The notes under the pieces were generated by a model that was given only the letters and a program-made list of their open reading frames with translations, ran no database searches and was not told where the DNA came from. Of a DNA stretch of 64,000 nucleotides, positions 8,824-20,301 are shown piece by piece. The stretch spans positions 217,219 through 281,218 of the forward strand of contig JAGDZS010000007.1 of the NCBI GenBank assembly GCA_049115595.1, written 5' to 3'. Source of the DNA: Flavobacteriaceae bacterium (GTDB lineage Bacteria > Bacteroidota > Bacteroidia > Flavobacteriales > Flavobacteriaceae). Position 1 is the stretch's first letter; each line of letters begins with the position of its first letter. Made by a program: the position numbers and the translations under genes.

Positions 8824-11394
8824 TTATTCTTCAGCTTCTGTTCTTGTTTCTTCCGCTTTTTTTCCTTTCTTTATTTTGATGGTAAGTTTGTTTTTCTTCT
8901 CATTTAAATTCATTGAAATGGTATCGCCTTCTGTTAATTTGGAGTTCACGATTTCTTCAGCCAAGGCATCTTCAATATATTTTTGAATTGCTCTTTTTAG
9001 AGGACGTGCGCCATATTTTTTATCAAAGCCTTTGTCTGCTATGTAATCTTTTGCTTTCTCGCTTAGCTTTAAGGTATAGCCCAAACCAGAGATTCTATGC
9101 AACAATTTATCAAGCTCAATATCGATAATTGAATGGATATCTTCTCTTTCTAAAGTATTGAATACAATCACGTCATCAATTCTATTTAAGAATTCAGGAG
9201 CGAACGACTTCTTTAAAGCATTCTCAATAATTCCTTTCGCATGCTCTTCTGATTGTTCTTTTTTCGCAGTTGTACCAAAACCAACACCAGAACCAAAGTC
9301 TTTTAACTGACGAGCTCCGATATTAGATGTCATGATAATAATGGTATTTCTAAAATCAATTTTTCTACCTAAACTATCCGTAATATGTCCGTCATCTAAA
9401 ATTTGCAACAGCATATTAAATACGTCTGGATGCGCTTTCTCGATTTCATCTAGTAAGATAACAGAATATGGTTTTCTACGAACTTTCTCAGTTAACTGTC
9501 CACCTTCTTCATATCCTACATATCCAGGAGGCGCTCCAATTAATCTTGAAATTGCGAATTTTTCCATGTATTCACTCATGTCAATTCGAATCAAAGAATC
9601 ATCAGAATCAAATAACTCACGCGCCAATACTTTTGCTAGTTGTGTTTTTCCAACTCCAGTTTGTCCTAAGAAAATGAAAGAACCAATTGGTTTGTTAGGA
9701 TCTTTCAATCCTACACGGTTTCTTTGAATAGCTTTCACAACTTTAGTAACAGCTTCATCTTGTCCAATTACTTTTCCTTTGATCATTTTTGGAAGTTCAC
9801 TCAAACGACTGGTCTCTGCTTCAGCAACTCTATTTACAGGAATTCCTGTCATCATAGAAACTACTTCTGCAACATTGTCTTCAGTAACAATCTCACGGTT
9901 CAATTTAGAATCATCTTCCCATTGTCTTTGAGCGGACTCTAAAGCAGACTCCATATTTTTCTCATCATCACGTAATTTAGCGGCCTCTTCATATTTCTGA
10001 CCATTGACAGCATTAGTTTTACGTTCACGAATTAATTCTAGTTGTCCTTCAAGTTCTAACACCTGCTGAGGAACAACAATATTTGTAATATGTATTCTAG
10101 ACCCTGCTTCATCTAAAGCATCAATAGCTTTGTCTGGTAAGTATCGGTCTGTCATGTATCTATTGGTTAATTTCACACAGGCATCAATAGCTTCATCTGT
10201 AAAATCAACGTTGTGATGTGCTTCGTATTTTCCTTTGATATTATGCAAAATTTGAATTGTTTCTTCCACGCTAGTTGGATTCACAATGATCTTTTGAAAA
10301 CGTCTTTCTAGTGCGCCATCTTTTTCTATGTTTGTTCTATACTCATCAAGAGTAGTTGCTCCAATACATTGGATTTCTCCTCTAGCTAAAGCTGGCTTTA
10401 ACATGTTAGAAGCATCCAAAGAGCCAGTAGCACCTCCAGCACCAACAATGGTGTGAATTTCATCAATGAATAAGATGATGTCTTCGTTTTTTTCCAGTTC
10501 ATTCATCAGCGCTTTCATACGCTCTTCAAACTGACCTCTATATTTTGTGCCCGCAACTAAACTTGCTAAGTCTAAAGAAACGATTCGCTTATCAAAAAGG
10601 ATTCTCGATACTTTTCTATTCACAATTCTTAAAGCTAAACCTTCAGCAATTGCAGACTTACCTACACCAGGTTCACCAATTAACATTGGGTTGTTCTTTT
10701 TGCGTCGGCTTAAGATTTGAGAAACACGTTCTATTTCTTTATGTCGACCAACAACAGGATCTAACTTTCCATTTTCAGCTAAAGAAGTTAAATCTCTTCC
10801 AAAATTATCTAAAACAGGAGTCTTTGATTTTTTTGGTGATTTTCCTTTTTGAGATTGATCGTATGGATTTGATTTGTCAGAAGATGCAAATTCGTCATCA
10901 TCAGACGGAGTTTCTGCTATCGGGTTTATTGGTAGATCTTCATCTGAGTTTTCTACATGTAATTCTTTGTACAAAGCTTTTGCTTGATCGTAATCAACAT
11001 CATGCTTATTCAACAACTTAGTTGTTGGGTCGTTCTCGTTTCTAAGAATGCATAAAAGTAAGTGTGCAGTATCTATTGCTTCACTCTGATACAATTTGGC
11101 TTCTAAAAAAGTTGTTTTTAAAGCCTTTTCAGCTTGACGCGTTAAATGCAAACTCTTTTTTTGATTTACATCAATAATACTGGGGGCAGCAGGATTAAGT
11201 AATTCTAATCTATTACGCACAATATCTAGATTTACATTGAATGTATCTAGTATCTCAATCGCTTTCCCTTCTCCTTTGCGTATCAAACCAAGTAATAAGT
11301 GCTCTGTTCCAATAAAATCATGGCCTAATCTCAAGGCTTCCTCTTTACTGAAAGTAATCACATCTCTTACCTTTGGTGAAAAATTATCGTCCAT
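8824..11394 (-). CDS. clpC: ATP-dependent Clp protease ATP-binding subunit ClpC
   Basis: Clp N-domain, Walker A GEPGVGKS and [11 protein letters not shown]-type linker, [16 protein letters not shown]. Confidence 0.95.
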   Translation of the reverse strand: MDDNFSPKVRDVITFSKEEALRLGHDFIGTEHLLLGLIRKGEGKAIEILDTFNVNLDIVRNRLELLNPAAPSIIDVNQKKSLHLTRQAEKALKTTFLEAKLYQSEAIDTAHLLLCILRNENDPTTKLLNKHDVDYDQAKALYKELHVENSDEDLPINPIAETPSDDDEFASSDKSNPYDQSQKGKSPKKSKTPVLDNFGRDLTSLAENGKLDPVVGRHKEIERVSQILSRRKKNNPMLIGEPGVGKSAIAEGLALRIVNRKVSRILFDKRIVSLDLASLVAGTKYRGQFEERMKALMNELEKNEDIILFIDEIHTIVGAGGATGSLDASNMLKPALARGEIQCIGATTLDEYRTNIEKDGALERRFQKIIVNPTSVEETIQILHNIKGKYEAHHNVDFTDEAIDACVKLTNRYMTDRYLPDKAIDALDEAGSRIHITNIVVPQQVLELEGQLELIRERKTNAVNGQKYEEAAKLRDDEKNMESALESAQRQWEDDSKLNREIVTEDNVAEVVSMMTGIPVNRVAEAETSRLSELPKMIKGKVIGQDEAVTKVVKAIQRNRVGLKDPNKPIGSFIFLGQTGVGKTQLAKVLARELFDSDDSLIRIDMSEYMEKFAISRLIGAPPGYVGYEEGGQLTEKVRRKPYSVILLDEIEKAHPDVFNMLLQILDDGHITDSLGRKIDFRNTIIIMTSNIGARQLKDFGSGVGFGTTAKKEQSEEHAKGIIENALKKSFAPEFLNRIDDVIVFNTLEREDIHSIIDIELDKLLHRISGLGYTLKLSEKAKDYIADKGFDKKYGARPLKRAIQKYIEDALAEEIVNSKLTEGDTISMNLNEKKNKLTIKIKKGKKAEETRTEAEE

Positions 11395-11660
11395 ATATCG
11401 GGTTTATCTATAATTGTAAATTTAGTCCTTTTTTTAGTAAAAAATTACAAAAAGAATGCCATGAGTCAAATGCTGACAATTTGGCTTGTAAAATAGGCTC
11501 AGAAAGCCTTGTAAATCAAGGGTATAAAAATTGTCGAAAATTTATCAAGAAATGTTGATAACTCTAGGGAATTCAGGTGCTAAAATGTTTGTGAAAAATA
11601 GGAATTATAGTAACTTGCTAGTTATTAAATTTAGTAAAAAATTAACAATACATTTAACGT

Positions 11661-14168
11661 ATGTCAGACGGAGAAAAGTTAATTCCAATTAACATAGAAG
11701 AGCAGATGAAATCTGCTTACATTGATTACTCAATGTCAGTAATAGTTTCTAGAGCATTACCCGATGTGAGAGATGGTTTAAAACCAGTGCATAGGAGAGT
11801 TCTGTTTGGAATGCATGAATTAGGAATTAAAGCAACAGGTTCCTACAAGAAATCTGCAAGAATTGTAGGAGAAGTATTAGGTAAGTATCACCCACACGGA
11901 GATACTTCTGTATACGACTCTATGGTGCGTATGGCTCAAGAATGGAGTGTTCGTTACTTAATGGTAGACGGACAAGGGAATTTTGGTTCTGTAGATGGTG
12001 ATAGCCCAGCAGCAATGCGTTATACTGAGGTAAGAATGCAGAAAATATCAGAAGAGATGTTGTCTGATATTGAAAAAGAAACAGTAGATCAACGATTAAA
12101 TTTTGATGATACTTTGTATGAACCTACTGTTTTACCAACAAGAATTCCTACTCTCTTAGTAAACGGAGCTTCGGGAATTGCAGTTGGAATGGCGACTAAC
12201 ATGGCGCCGCATAACTTAACAGAAGTTATTAATGGAACATTGGCTTACATCGAAAATAGAGATATCGAAATCGATGAACTAATACAACACATAAAAGCAC
12301 CTGATTTCCCTACAGGAGGAATTATATACGGATATGAAGGTGTTAAAGATGCTTTTCATACAGGAAGAGGACGTATTGTAATGCGTGCGAAAGCTGTTAT
12401 TGAAGAGGTAAAGGGGCGTGAGTGTATCATTGTCACTGAAATTCCATATCAAGTCAATAAGGCAGACATGATTAAAAAAACTGCTGAATTGGTAAATGAT
12501 AAGAAGCTAGAGGGGATTGCTAATATTCGTGATGAGTCTGATAGAAAAGGAATGCGTATCGTTTATGTTTTAAAACGCGATGCAATTCCTAACATTGTCT
12601 TAAACAAGTTATTCAAGTATACTAGTCTACAAACATCATTCAGTGTCAATAATATTGCATTGGTAAATGGTCGTCCTGAACAGTTAAACTTGAAACAACT
12701 GATTCATTATTTTGTTGAACACAGACATGATGTAGTTGTCCGTAGAACTAAATATGAATTAAAGAAAGCTGAAGCAAGAGCACATATTTTAGAAGGTCTA
12801 ATTATAGCTTCTGATAATATCGATGAGGTAATTAAAATTATTAGAGGATCTAAGAATGCAGATGAAGCACGAGAGGCATTAATTGCAAGATTTGAATTGA
12901 CTGAAATTCAAGCCAAAGCAATTGTAGAAATGCGATTACGTCAGTTAACTGGTTTAGAACAAGACAAGTTAAGAGCTGAGTTTGAAGAGATCATGAAAAC
13001 AATTGCCGATTTAAAGGACATCTTAGAAAATGAATCTAGACGCTATCAAATCATTACAGATGAGTTAGTTGCCATTCGAGATAAATATGGAGATGAACGC
13101 CGTTCTCAGATTGAGTATGCTGGAGGAGATATGAGTATTGAAGACATGATACCGAACTCGAAAGTTGTTGTAACAATTTCTAATGCTGGATATTTGAAAA
13201 GAACCAATTTAGATGAATACAAGGTTCAGAATAGAGGGGGAAGAGGTCAAAAAGGAGTTGCCACAAGGAATGAAGACTTCCTAGAGCACTTGTTTGTAGG
13301 AACCAACCATCAATACATGCTATTCTTTACACAAAAAGGAAAAGTATTTTGGATGCGGGTTTATGAGATTCCAGAAGGGGGTAAGACTTCGAAAGGAAGA
13401 GCAATGCAAAACTTAATCAATATTGAACAAGACGATAAAGTAAAAGCATTTTTGGTAACCCAAGATCTAAAAGATGAAGACTACATTAATAGCCATTATG
13501 TAATTATGGCCACGAAAAGAGGTCAGGTGAAGAAGACTTCGCTTGAGCAATATTCTCGCCCTAGAACAAATGGAATTAATGCCATTACTATTCGTGAGGA
13601 TGATGAGTTGCTAGAAGCTAAATTAACGACAGGGGATAGTCAAGTAATGTTGGCTTTAAAATCTGGAAAAGCAATTCGTTTTGAAGAAGCGAAAACTAGA
13701 CCAATGGGAAGAACAGCTTCTGGAGTTCGAGGAATTACTTTAGGACATGAAAATGATGAAGTAATTGGAATGGTTGCTGTGAATGATATGGAGAGTAATA
13801 TTCTTGTTGTTTCTGAAAAAGGATACGGAAAACGTTCAAAATTAGAAGACTACAGAATTACAAATAGAGGAGGTAAAGGTGTTAAAACATTGAATATCTC
13901 AGAAAAAACAGGTAATTTAGTCGCCATTAAAAATGTAGATGATTCTAATGATTTAATGATCATCAATAAATCGGGTATAACCATTCGTATGGCTGTAGAA
14001 GATTTACGTGTTATGGGGAGAGCAACTCAAGGAGTTAAGTTAATTAATATTAAAGACTCTGATAGCATTGCAGCCGTAGCGAAAGTTATGCATGAAGAAG
14101 AAGAGCCTGAAACTGAAAATGAAGATGGCACAGAAATTGAAAACAATACTAACGAGAACCAAGAATAA
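11661..14168 (+). CDS. gyrA: DNA gyrase subunit A
   Basis: [25 protein letters not shown] catalytic Tyr, GyrA-box QNRGGRG, C-terminal pinwheel repeats. Confidence 0.98.
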   Translation: MSDGEKLIPINIEEQMKSAYIDYSMSVIVSRALPDVRDGLKPVHRRVLFGMHELGIKATGSYKKSARIVGEVLGKYHPHGDTSVYDSMVRMAQEWSVRYLMVDGQGNFGSVDGDSPAAMRYTEVRMQKISEEMLSDIEKETVDQRLNFDDTLYEPTVLPTRIPTLLVNGASGIAVGMATNMAPHNLTEVINGTLAYIENRDIEIDELIQHIKAPDFPTGGIIYGYEGVKDAFHTGRGRIVMRAKAVIEEVKGRECIIVTEIPYQVNKADMIKKTAELVNDKKLEGIANIRDESDRKGMRIVYVLKRDAIPNIVLNKLFKYTSLQTSFSVNNIALVNGRPEQLNLKQLIHYFVEHRHDVVVRRTKYELKKAEARAHILEGLIIASDNIDEVIKIIRGSKNADEAREALIARFELTEIQAKAIVEMRLRQLTGLEQDKLRAEFEEIMKTIADLKDILENESRRYQIITDELVAIRDKYGDERRSQIEYAGGDMSIEDMIPNSKVVVTISNAGYLKRTNLDEYKVQNRGGRGQKGVATRNEDFLEHLFVGTNHQYMLFFTQKGKVFWMRVYEIPEGGKTSKGRAMQNLINIEQDDKVKAFLVTQDLKDEDYINSHYVIMATKRGQVKKTSLEQYSRPRTNGINAITIREDDELLEAKLTTGDSQVMLALKSGKAIRFEEAKTRPMGRTASGVRGITLGHENDEVIGMVAVNDMESNILVVSEKGYGKRSKLEDYRITNRGGKGVKTLNISEKTGNLVAIKNVDDSNDLMIINKSGITIRMAVEDLRVMGRATQGVKLINIKDSDSIAAVAKVMHEEEEPETENEDGTEIENNTNENQE

Positions 14169-14190
14169 CTGTTGAATTAAATAGATACAA

Positions 14191-15435
14191 ATGAAAACTA
14201 AATTAATAGCATTTTTTATAGGATTAGTAACAATGTCCTCTTTTGCACAAAAAAATGAATTAAAAACTGCAGAGAAAGCGATAAAGAAGAAAGATTATGC
14301 TGCTGCTACAGCAGCGTTAAAAACAGCTGAGCCTTTAATTGCTAATGCAGAAAAGTATAAAGCTAAATTTTACTTTTTAAAAGGTCAAACGTATGCAGCT
14401 AAGAAAGAGTATAAAGTTGCTGCAGAGGCATACAATACACTATTAGACTATGAAAAAAAGGCAGGAAAAAGAAAGTATACTCAACAAGCAAAACCATTAC
14501 TTGAAAACTTAACTTCTGATTTAACAAATAAGGCTTTTGCTCAATATGAGTCTAAAGATTATAAAAATGCTTATGAAAGTTTCTATTTAAGATACACTTT
14601 AGCTAAGCAGGATACTATGTTTCTTTCAAACGCAGCACAAATTGCTTTTCAAGCAGGTGAATTAGAAAGATCATTAGAATTGTATAAAAAGTTGAAAAGT
14701 TTAGGGTATACAGGAATTGTAACCATTTATTCTGCAAGAGAAAAAGAAACAGGCGCAGTTGAAACGTTTGGAAGTAAAGCACAGAGAGATCAGTTTGTGA
14801 AGCTTGGAGCGTATATCAACCCAAAAGATAAAGTGTCTGAATCTAAGAGAGGAGAGATTATTAAGAACATAGGTTTAATTTTAACAAGACAAGGAAAAGT
14901 AGAAGAAGCTGTCATTGCGGTTAAAGAAGCTAGAGCTGCATTCCCAGAGGATATGACACTGTTACTTACTGAAGCTGATTTATACATTAAATTAGAAAAG
15001 ATGGATAAGTTTGGTGAGTTAATGGAAGTAGCTGTTAAGAAAGATCCGAACAACCCAATTTTGTATTATAACTTAGGTGTTGTTAGTTATAACCAACAAA
15101 AATTAGATGACGCTAAAAAGTATTACTTAAAAGCATTAGAGTTAAAACCAGATTATAATGATGCTTATATGAATCTTGCAGTAACAATTTTAGATGGAGA
15201 GAAAGCAATCATTGAAGAGATGAATAAGAACCTATCTGATTTTGATAAGTATGATGAATTAGCATTAAAACAAAAAGCATTATATAAAGAAGCAATGCCT
15301 TATTTAGAAAAAGCAGATGCTGGTAGTAGAAGCTTAGATACAGTAAGAACTTTATTGAATATCTATGAAACTCTTGAAGTTGAAGAAAAAGCAAAAGTTT
15401 TTAGAGAGCTGTATAAAAAGATGAGAGCTAAATAG
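14191..15435 (+). CDS. tetratricopeptide repeat protein with signal peptide
   Basis: Signal peptide; YYNLGVV...ALELKPDY TPR motifs; follows gyrA. Confidence 0.85.
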   Translation: MKTKLIAFFIGLVTMSSFAQKNELKTAEKAIKKKDYAAATAALKTAEPLIANAEKYKAKFYFLKGQTYAAKKEYKVAAEAYNTLLDYEKKAGKRKYTQQAKPLLENLTSDLTNKAFAQYESKDYKNAYESFYLRYTLAKQDTMFLSNAAQIAFQAGELERSLELYKKLKSLGYTGIVTIYSAREKETGAVETFGSKAQRDQFVKLGAYINPKDKVSESKRGEIIKNIGLILTRQGKVEEAVIAVKEARAAFPEDMTLLLTEADLYIKLEKMDKFGELMEVAVKKDPNNPILYYNLGVVSYNQQKLDDAKKYYLKALELKPDYNDAYMNLAVTILDGEKAIIEEMNKNLSDFDKYDELALKQKALYKEAMPYLEKADAGSRSLDTVRTLLNIYETLEVEEKAKVFRELYKKMRAK

Positions 15436-15456
15436 ATTTTAGTATAAAACGTACAT

Positions 15457-15488
15457 AAAAAAACCGTTCCATTTGGAACGGTTTTTTT
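15457..15488. terminator. bidirectional terminator
   Basis: AAAAAAACCGTTCC...GGAACGGTTTTTTT between convergent genes. Confidence 0.85.
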
Positions 15489-15489
15489 A

Positions 15490-16260
15490 TTATATAATCT
15501 TTTTAATGACTCGTAACTTGTGTGTATGTGTCTTGGTGTCTACATTGTAGATTCCACTATGATCCAATCGATCAATTCTTACCTTTCCATGCGCATGAAT
15601 AATAGAATAGTCATTCATAATAATTCCCACATGAGTAATAATACCTTCATTGTTATCAAAAAAAGCTAAATCTCCAGGTTCACTTTCTTCTATAAAACTA
15701 AGAACATCACCTTGCGTAGCCTGATCTTTAGCATCTCTCTTTAAATGATATCCGCATAGTTTGTATACAAGTTGTGTAAATCCAGAACAATCAATTCCGA
15801 AAGGAGTTTTTCCACCCCATAAATATGGAGTGTTTAAAAAAACAAAGGCTTTTTGAATAATTTCTACACGTGCTAATTTTCCAGTAAAAGTTGCTCCTTG
15901 ATATTGATAGCTGTCGTTTCCTAAATAGCACTCACCGTTTTCATAAAAAGGAAGCCTAGCTCCTAAAGGGATTGTCATAAGGTTGTTACTTTTGTCAGTA
16001 ACAAAATCAATTAGCTCACCAGCGTAGACAGGCTCAGAGTCCGAAATTTTAGAAAAAGTATCTTCATCAATTTCTATATATTGCTTGTTGTCTACATATC
16101 CTTCATATCCATCAAAAGAGAGTCGTACGTGGCTCCATTTTTTGGTCTTACTTAACACCTTAAAATGTTCTCCAAAGACTATTTGAGAAACCATTTCAGA
16201 AGCATCAGAAGATTCTAAACGTAGTGGTACAATACTTAAATTACAGATGCCGTAGAGCAT
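15490..16260 (-). CDS. NlpC/P60 (C40) peptidase with N-terminal SH3-like domain
   Basis: PYLWGGKTPFGIDCSG catalytic Cys, THVGI, IHAHG. Confidence 0.92.
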   Translation of the reverse strand: MLYGICNLSIVPLRLESSDASEMVSQIVFGEHFKVLSKTKKWSHVRLSFDGYEGYVDNKQYIEIDEDTFSKISDSEPVYAGELIDFVTDKSNNLMTIPLGARLPFYENGECYLGNDSYQYQGATFTGKLARVEIIQKAFVFLNTPYLWGGKTPFGIDCSGFTQLVYKLCGYHLKRDAKDQATQGDVLSFIEESEPGDLAFFDNNEGIITHVGIIMNDYSIIHAHGKVRIDRLDHSGIYNVDTKTHTHKLRVIKKII

Positions 16261-16277
16261 ATTATCTTTTAGAAAAT

Positions 16278-17459
16278 TTAAATTCTTTCTATTACCATTG
16301 CACTAGCACCACCACCACCATTACAGATTCCAGCAGCACCAATTTTAGCATTATTTTGTTTTAGAATAGAAGTCAATGCAATTACAATTCTAGCTCCAGA
16401 AACACCTAAAGGGTGTCCTAAAGAGACAGCACCACCATTCACATTTACTTGATCGTTATCTAAACCTAATATCTTCATGTTTGCTAAACCAACAACAGAA
16501 AATGCTTCATTTAATTCGAAGTAATCTACATCAGAGATAGATAAGTTTGCTTTTGCCAACGCTTTTGGTAAAGCTTTTGCAGGTGCGGTAGTAAACCATT
16601 TAGGTTCGTGAGCAGCATCAGCATAACTAACTATTTTAGCAATAGGTGTCATGTTTAATTCAGCGGCTTTTTCAGCAGACATTAAAACCAAGGCGGCTCC
16701 ACCATCATTAATTGTAGATGCATTTGCAGCAGTTACAGTTCCTTCTTTGGTAAAAGCAGCACGTAAAGCTGGAATTTTTTCCATTTTTACATTCTTATAC
16801 TCTTCATCTTCAGAAAATATAACAGGCTCGCCTCTTCTTTGAGGTACTTCAACTGGAACTATTTCATCTGAAAACTTTCCTGCACCCCATGCATCAGCTG
16901 ATCTTGTGTAGGATTGAATTGCATACTTATCTTGATCTTCTCTAGAGAATTCATATTCTGTTGCACATGCATCAGCACAAACTCCCATAGCGACACCATC
17001 ATAAACATCAACCAAACCATCTTTCTGCATTCCATCTTCCATTTTTGCAGGCCCAAATTTTGTTGCAGTTCTTGCATGGTAGTAATGAGGTATAGAACTC
17101 ATGTTCTCCATTCCACCAGCTACAACAACATCAGCATCACCTAAGGCAATGGTTTGAGCAGCCAACATAATTGATTTCATCCCTGAAGCACAAACTTTAT
17201 TTACGGTAGTACAAGGAACTGAATCTGGGATTCCAGCAAACATAGCTGCTTGTCTAGCAGGAGCCTGACCTAAGCCAGCTGACACTACATTTCCCATGAA
17301 GACTTCTTCTACTAAGTTTGGATCTAAGTTGATTTTGTCTAAAGCACCTTTGATTGCAACAGAACCTAATTTAGGAGCTGGGACACTTGATAAACTCCCC
17401 ATGAAACTACCAATTGGTGTTCTAGCAACAGATACAATCACTACGTCTTTTGTACTCAT
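16278..17459 (-). CDS. acetyl-CoA C-acyltransferase (thiolase)
   Basis: NKVCASGMK, NEAF, GHPLGVSG, GICNGGGG; start taken at MSTKDVV (17459). Confidence 0.95.
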   Translation of the reverse strand: MSTKDVVIVSVARTPIGSFMGSLSSVPAPKLGSVAIKGALDKINLDPNLVEEVFMGNVVSAGLGQAPARQAAMFAGIPDSVPCTTVNKVCASGMKSIMLAAQTIALGDADVVVAGGMENMSSIPHYYHARTATKFGPAKMEDGMQKDGLVDVYDGVAMGVCADACATEYEFSREDQDKYAIQSYTRSADAWGAGKFSDEIVPVEVPQRRGEPVIFSEDEEYKNVKMEKIPALRAAFTKEGTVTAANASTINDGGAALVLMSAEKAAELNMTPIAKIVSYADAAHEPKWFTTAPAKALPKALAKANLSISDVDYFELNEAFSVVGLANMKILGLDNDQVNVNGGAVSLGHPLGVSGARIVIALTSILKQNNAKIGAAGICNGGGGASAMVIERI

Positions 17460-17589
17460 ATTTGTATTTAATTTTATCTTAATTTGTCTTGCAAAATTAA
17501 CCATTTTAAATCAAATTTATACGGATTCTTCGGCTTGAATTTCCGACCTCCATTTTTTTAAGTTAAGTTTGTGTTTCTAAGAATAGAAT

Positions 17590-19653
17590 ATGAGTAAAAC
17601 TGTCAATAAGTTATACCAATACAATGCGATCTTTTATAAGGTCATCCTTTTTTTGATTACAGCATTCGCTATTGTGTACCTTTTTCCAAAAGGTGGTCAG
17701 TTCAAGTATGACTTTAGCAAGGGTACACCTTGGAAGTATGAAAGCTTGATCGCTTCTTTTGACTTTGCAATAGAGAAAACTGAAGAAGAGATTAACGAAG
17801 AGAAAAAGGCAATTGATGTAAATGCCAAACTGTACTTTTTATATGATAAAGCAATTGTTGAAGAGGTAAAGGATACTTATAAGTTAAGAATGTCATTGCT
17901 TCAAATGAGCGATTCTTTATCAGGTAGTGATTTAGAGAGTATTACTTTGTTAGGGAATTCTATCATTGAATCTGTTTATAATACAGGGTTTATAGAGCCT
18001 GCAAGTCAGGGAATTGTATCTAATAGAAATACTCTTGTAACACTTAAGAAGGAGAACGAAGTAGAAGATATTATCTATAGTAGCCTTTTGTATTCTTCGG
18101 ATGTTCTTAGAATTATTACAGATAGGTTAGGAGATCAGCCCTATAATTTTGCGCAAAGTATCAATAGAACAATTCTTTCTGAAATTATAAAACCGAATGT
18201 TTCTTATGATAAAGTATTTACTGAAAAAGTAATTGATGATGCGGTTAATAATATTTCTCCAACAAGAGGTAAGGTTTCCAAAGGAGAATTGATTATTTCA
18301 ACAGGAGAGATTGTAGAAGGGAAGAAGCTAGCAATACTGTATTCGTTGAAAAGAGAATCTGAGTCTAAGTTATGGACCAAAACAAATTACTATTGGATTG
18401 TATTAGGATATACCATCCTCGTTTCTTTAGCACTATTAATGCTTCTTTTATTTTTATGGAAATCTCGAACAGAAATTTTTAAGAATAACAATAAAGTGAC
18501 ATTCATTTTCTTCAATGTCAGTTTTATGATTTTAGTGCAAACATTAGTCATTAAATACAATTCAGATTATTTATATGTTGTCCCACTAAGTATATTACCA
18601 ATTGTTTTAAAAGCGTTTTTTGATGCAAGATTAGGATTGTTTACACATGTATTAACAATATTGCTTTTAGGGTTTATTGTTCCTAATAGTTTTGAATTTA
18701 TATACCTGCACATCATTGCTGGAATTGTAACAATACTAACCGTTTCAGACCTTTATAAAAGAGCAACCTTATTTATATCTATAGGTCAGATTACGCTCAT
18801 TTATATGATTACTTATTTGGCTTTTTCCATTATTAAAGAAGGAAACGCCTCGCAAATTAATTGGGAGTATTTTGTCATGTTTGCCGCAAACGGATTACTA
18901 TCCTTTTTGTCATTGTTCTTTATTTATGTCTATGAGAAAATGTTTGGTTTGGTATCAGATGTAACCTTACTAGAGCTTTCTAATACAAATACAAAGTTAT
19001 TAAGAGATTTAAACGAAAAGGCGCCGGGAACTTTTCAGCATTCAATGCAGGTAGCCAATTTAGCAGAAGCAGCTGCGAATGAAATTGGTGCTAATTCTAT
19101 GTTGGTAAGAACTGGAGCATTGTATCATGATATAGGTAAAATGCTGAATCCAATGTATTTTATAGAGAACCAATCAACAGGAGTAAATCCACATCACGAT
19201 TTGTCACCTACCGATAGTGCAAAAATTATTACGGACCATGTAATTAAAGGAATCGAATTGGCAAAGCAACATCGATTACCAGACCGTATTATTGACTTTA
19301 TTAGAACACATCACGGTACAAGTTCTGTATATTATTTCTACATGAAAGAAAAAGAACAGAATCCAGATGAAGACGTGGATATTGGCAAGTTTCAATACAA
19401 AGGACCCATACCTTTTTCTAAAGAGACCGCTATTTTAATGATGTGTGATGCAGCAGAAGCAGCATCTAAAAGCTTAAAAAAGCCAACAGCACAAACGATT
19501 GATGAGCTAATTAATAAAATAGTTGAGAAGCAAAAGGCTGATAATCAATTTATAAATTCTGATATTACTTTTAGAGAGATTGAAATCATCAAGAAAGTGA
19601 TTAAAGCTAAGTTGATGAATATTTATCACCTACGAGTTGAATATCCAGATTAG
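17590..19653 (+). CDS. 7TM-HDIG phosphohydrolase (PgpH-like)
   Basis: N-terminal TM, extracellular domain, 7 TM helices, APGTFQHS, YHDIGK, HHGT, DAAEAA. Confidence 0.9.
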   Translation: MSKTVNKLYQYNAIFYKVILFLITAFAIVYLFPKGGQFKYDFSKGTPWKYESLIASFDFAIEKTEEEINEEKKAIDVNAKLYFLYDKAIVEEVKDTYKLRMSLLQMSDSLSGSDLESITLLGNSIIESVYNTGFIEPASQGIVSNRNTLVTLKKENEVEDIIYSSLLYSSDVLRIITDRLGDQPYNFAQSINRTILSEIIKPNVSYDKVFTEKVIDDAVNNISPTRGKVSKGELIISTGEIVEGKKLAILYSLKRESESKLWTKTNYYWIVLGYTILVSLALLMLLLFLWKSRTEIFKNNNKVTFIFFNVSFMILVQTLVIKYNSDYLYVVPLSILPIVLKAFFDARLGLFTHVLTILLLGFIVPNSFEFIYLHIIAGIVTILTVSDLYKRATLFISIGQITLIYMITYLAFSIIKEGNASQINWEYFVMFAANGLLSFLSLFFIYVYEKMFGLVSDVTLLELSNTNTKLLRDLNEKAPGTFQHSMQVANLAEAAANEIGANSMLVRTGALYHDIGKMLNPMYFIENQSTGVNPHHDLSPTDSAKIITDHVIKGIELAKQHRLPDRIIDFIRTHHGTSSVYYFYMKEKEQNPDEDVDIGKFQYKGPIPFSKETAILMMCDAAEAASKSLKKPTAQTIDELINKIVEKQKADNQFINSDITFREIEIIKKVIKAKLMNIYHLRVEYPD

Positions 19654-19686
19654 CACTTTTTTTTAAACAAAATTATCAATAAAGTC

Positions 19687-19717
19687 TTGCAATATTGTAA
19701 TTGGTATCTTACATTTG
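19687..19717 (+). promoter_or_regulatory. Bacteroidetes sigma70 promoter of the tRNA cluster
   Basis: TTG at 19687 and TACATTTG (TAnnTTTG -7 box) at 19710-19717, 20 nt apart. Confidence 0.75.
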
Positions 19718-19754
19718 CACTCGCAATTTTTGATTCTAACACAGTTAGTTTATT

Positions 19755-19839
19755 GGAGAGTTGCCAGAGTGGTTAATGGAGCAGTTTGCTAAACTGTCGA
19801 CGGGTAACTGTCGCGTGGGTTCGAATCCCACACTCTCCG
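19755..19839 (+). tRNA. tRNA-Ser(GCT)
   Basis: GGAGAGT/ACTCTCC acceptor stem, anticodon loop TT-GCT-AA, long variable arm, GTTCGAATC T-loop. Confidence 0.96.
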
Positions 19840-19853
19840 CAAAAATTGGCACT

Positions 19854-19928
19854 CGGGGTGTAGCGTAGCCCGGTCATCGCGCCTCGTTTGGGACGAGGAG
19901 GTCGCAGGTTCGAATCCTGCCACCCCGA
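19854..19928 (+). tRNA. tRNA-Pro(TGG)
   Basis: CGGGGTG/CACCCCG acceptor, CCTCG-TTTGGGA-CGAGG anticodon arm. Confidence 0.96.
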
Positions 19929-20021
19929 CAAAGTAAAGTGTGGAGTTTTCGTAGAAAGTTTACTTTCTTAAGAAAACGGAGGAGTTTAATTTGATAAACG
20001 CCTTTTAGGATCAACAAAGTT

Positions 20022-20039
20022 AATCCTGCCACCCCGACA
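20022..20039 (+). repeat. exact 18-bp duplicate of the tRNA-Pro 3' end (att-like)
   Basis: AATCCTGCCACCCCGACA at 19913-19930 and 20022-20039. Confidence 0.9.
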
Positions 20040-20066
20040 CTGTTTTCGTAGAAACAATAAAACTAC

Positions 20067-20140
20067 GGGCTCGTAGCTCAGCTGGATAGAGCACCTCCCT
20101 TCTAAGGAGGCGGTCATAGGTTCGAATCCTATCGGGCTCA
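20067..20140 (+). tRNA. tRNA-Arg(TCT)
   Basis: GGGCTCG/CGGGCTC acceptor, CCTCC-CTTCTAA-GGAGG anticodon arm. Confidence 0.96.
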
Positions 20141-20283
20141 CAGATAAACAAGCCTAACAAGTAAGACTTGTTAGGCTTTTCTGTTTTTTAGAATGAATGT
20201 TTGCATTCAAATTCTGAAAAAATGAAAAGCATACACCAAAGGTGTTAGGCGAAATTTTCAAAATGGATTCCTTAAGGGTATCT

Positions 20284-20301
20284 AACCCTATTGGGCTCAC
20301 A
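20284..20301 (+). repeat. degenerate (16/18) duplicate of the tRNA-Arg 3' end, followed by a terminator-like hairpin
   Basis: AACCCTATTGGGCTCACA versus AATCCTATCGGGCTCACA at 20125-20142; AAATCCTTACTA/TAGTAAGGATTT hairpin follows. Confidence 0.8.

Noticed and set aside
8069-11021. Plus-strand ORFs antisense to the lipocalin genes and clpC (and similar antisense ORFs throughout the track)
   Set aside because: They lie wholly opposite well-supported genes, have no recognisable motifs and show the composition typical of shadow ORFs.
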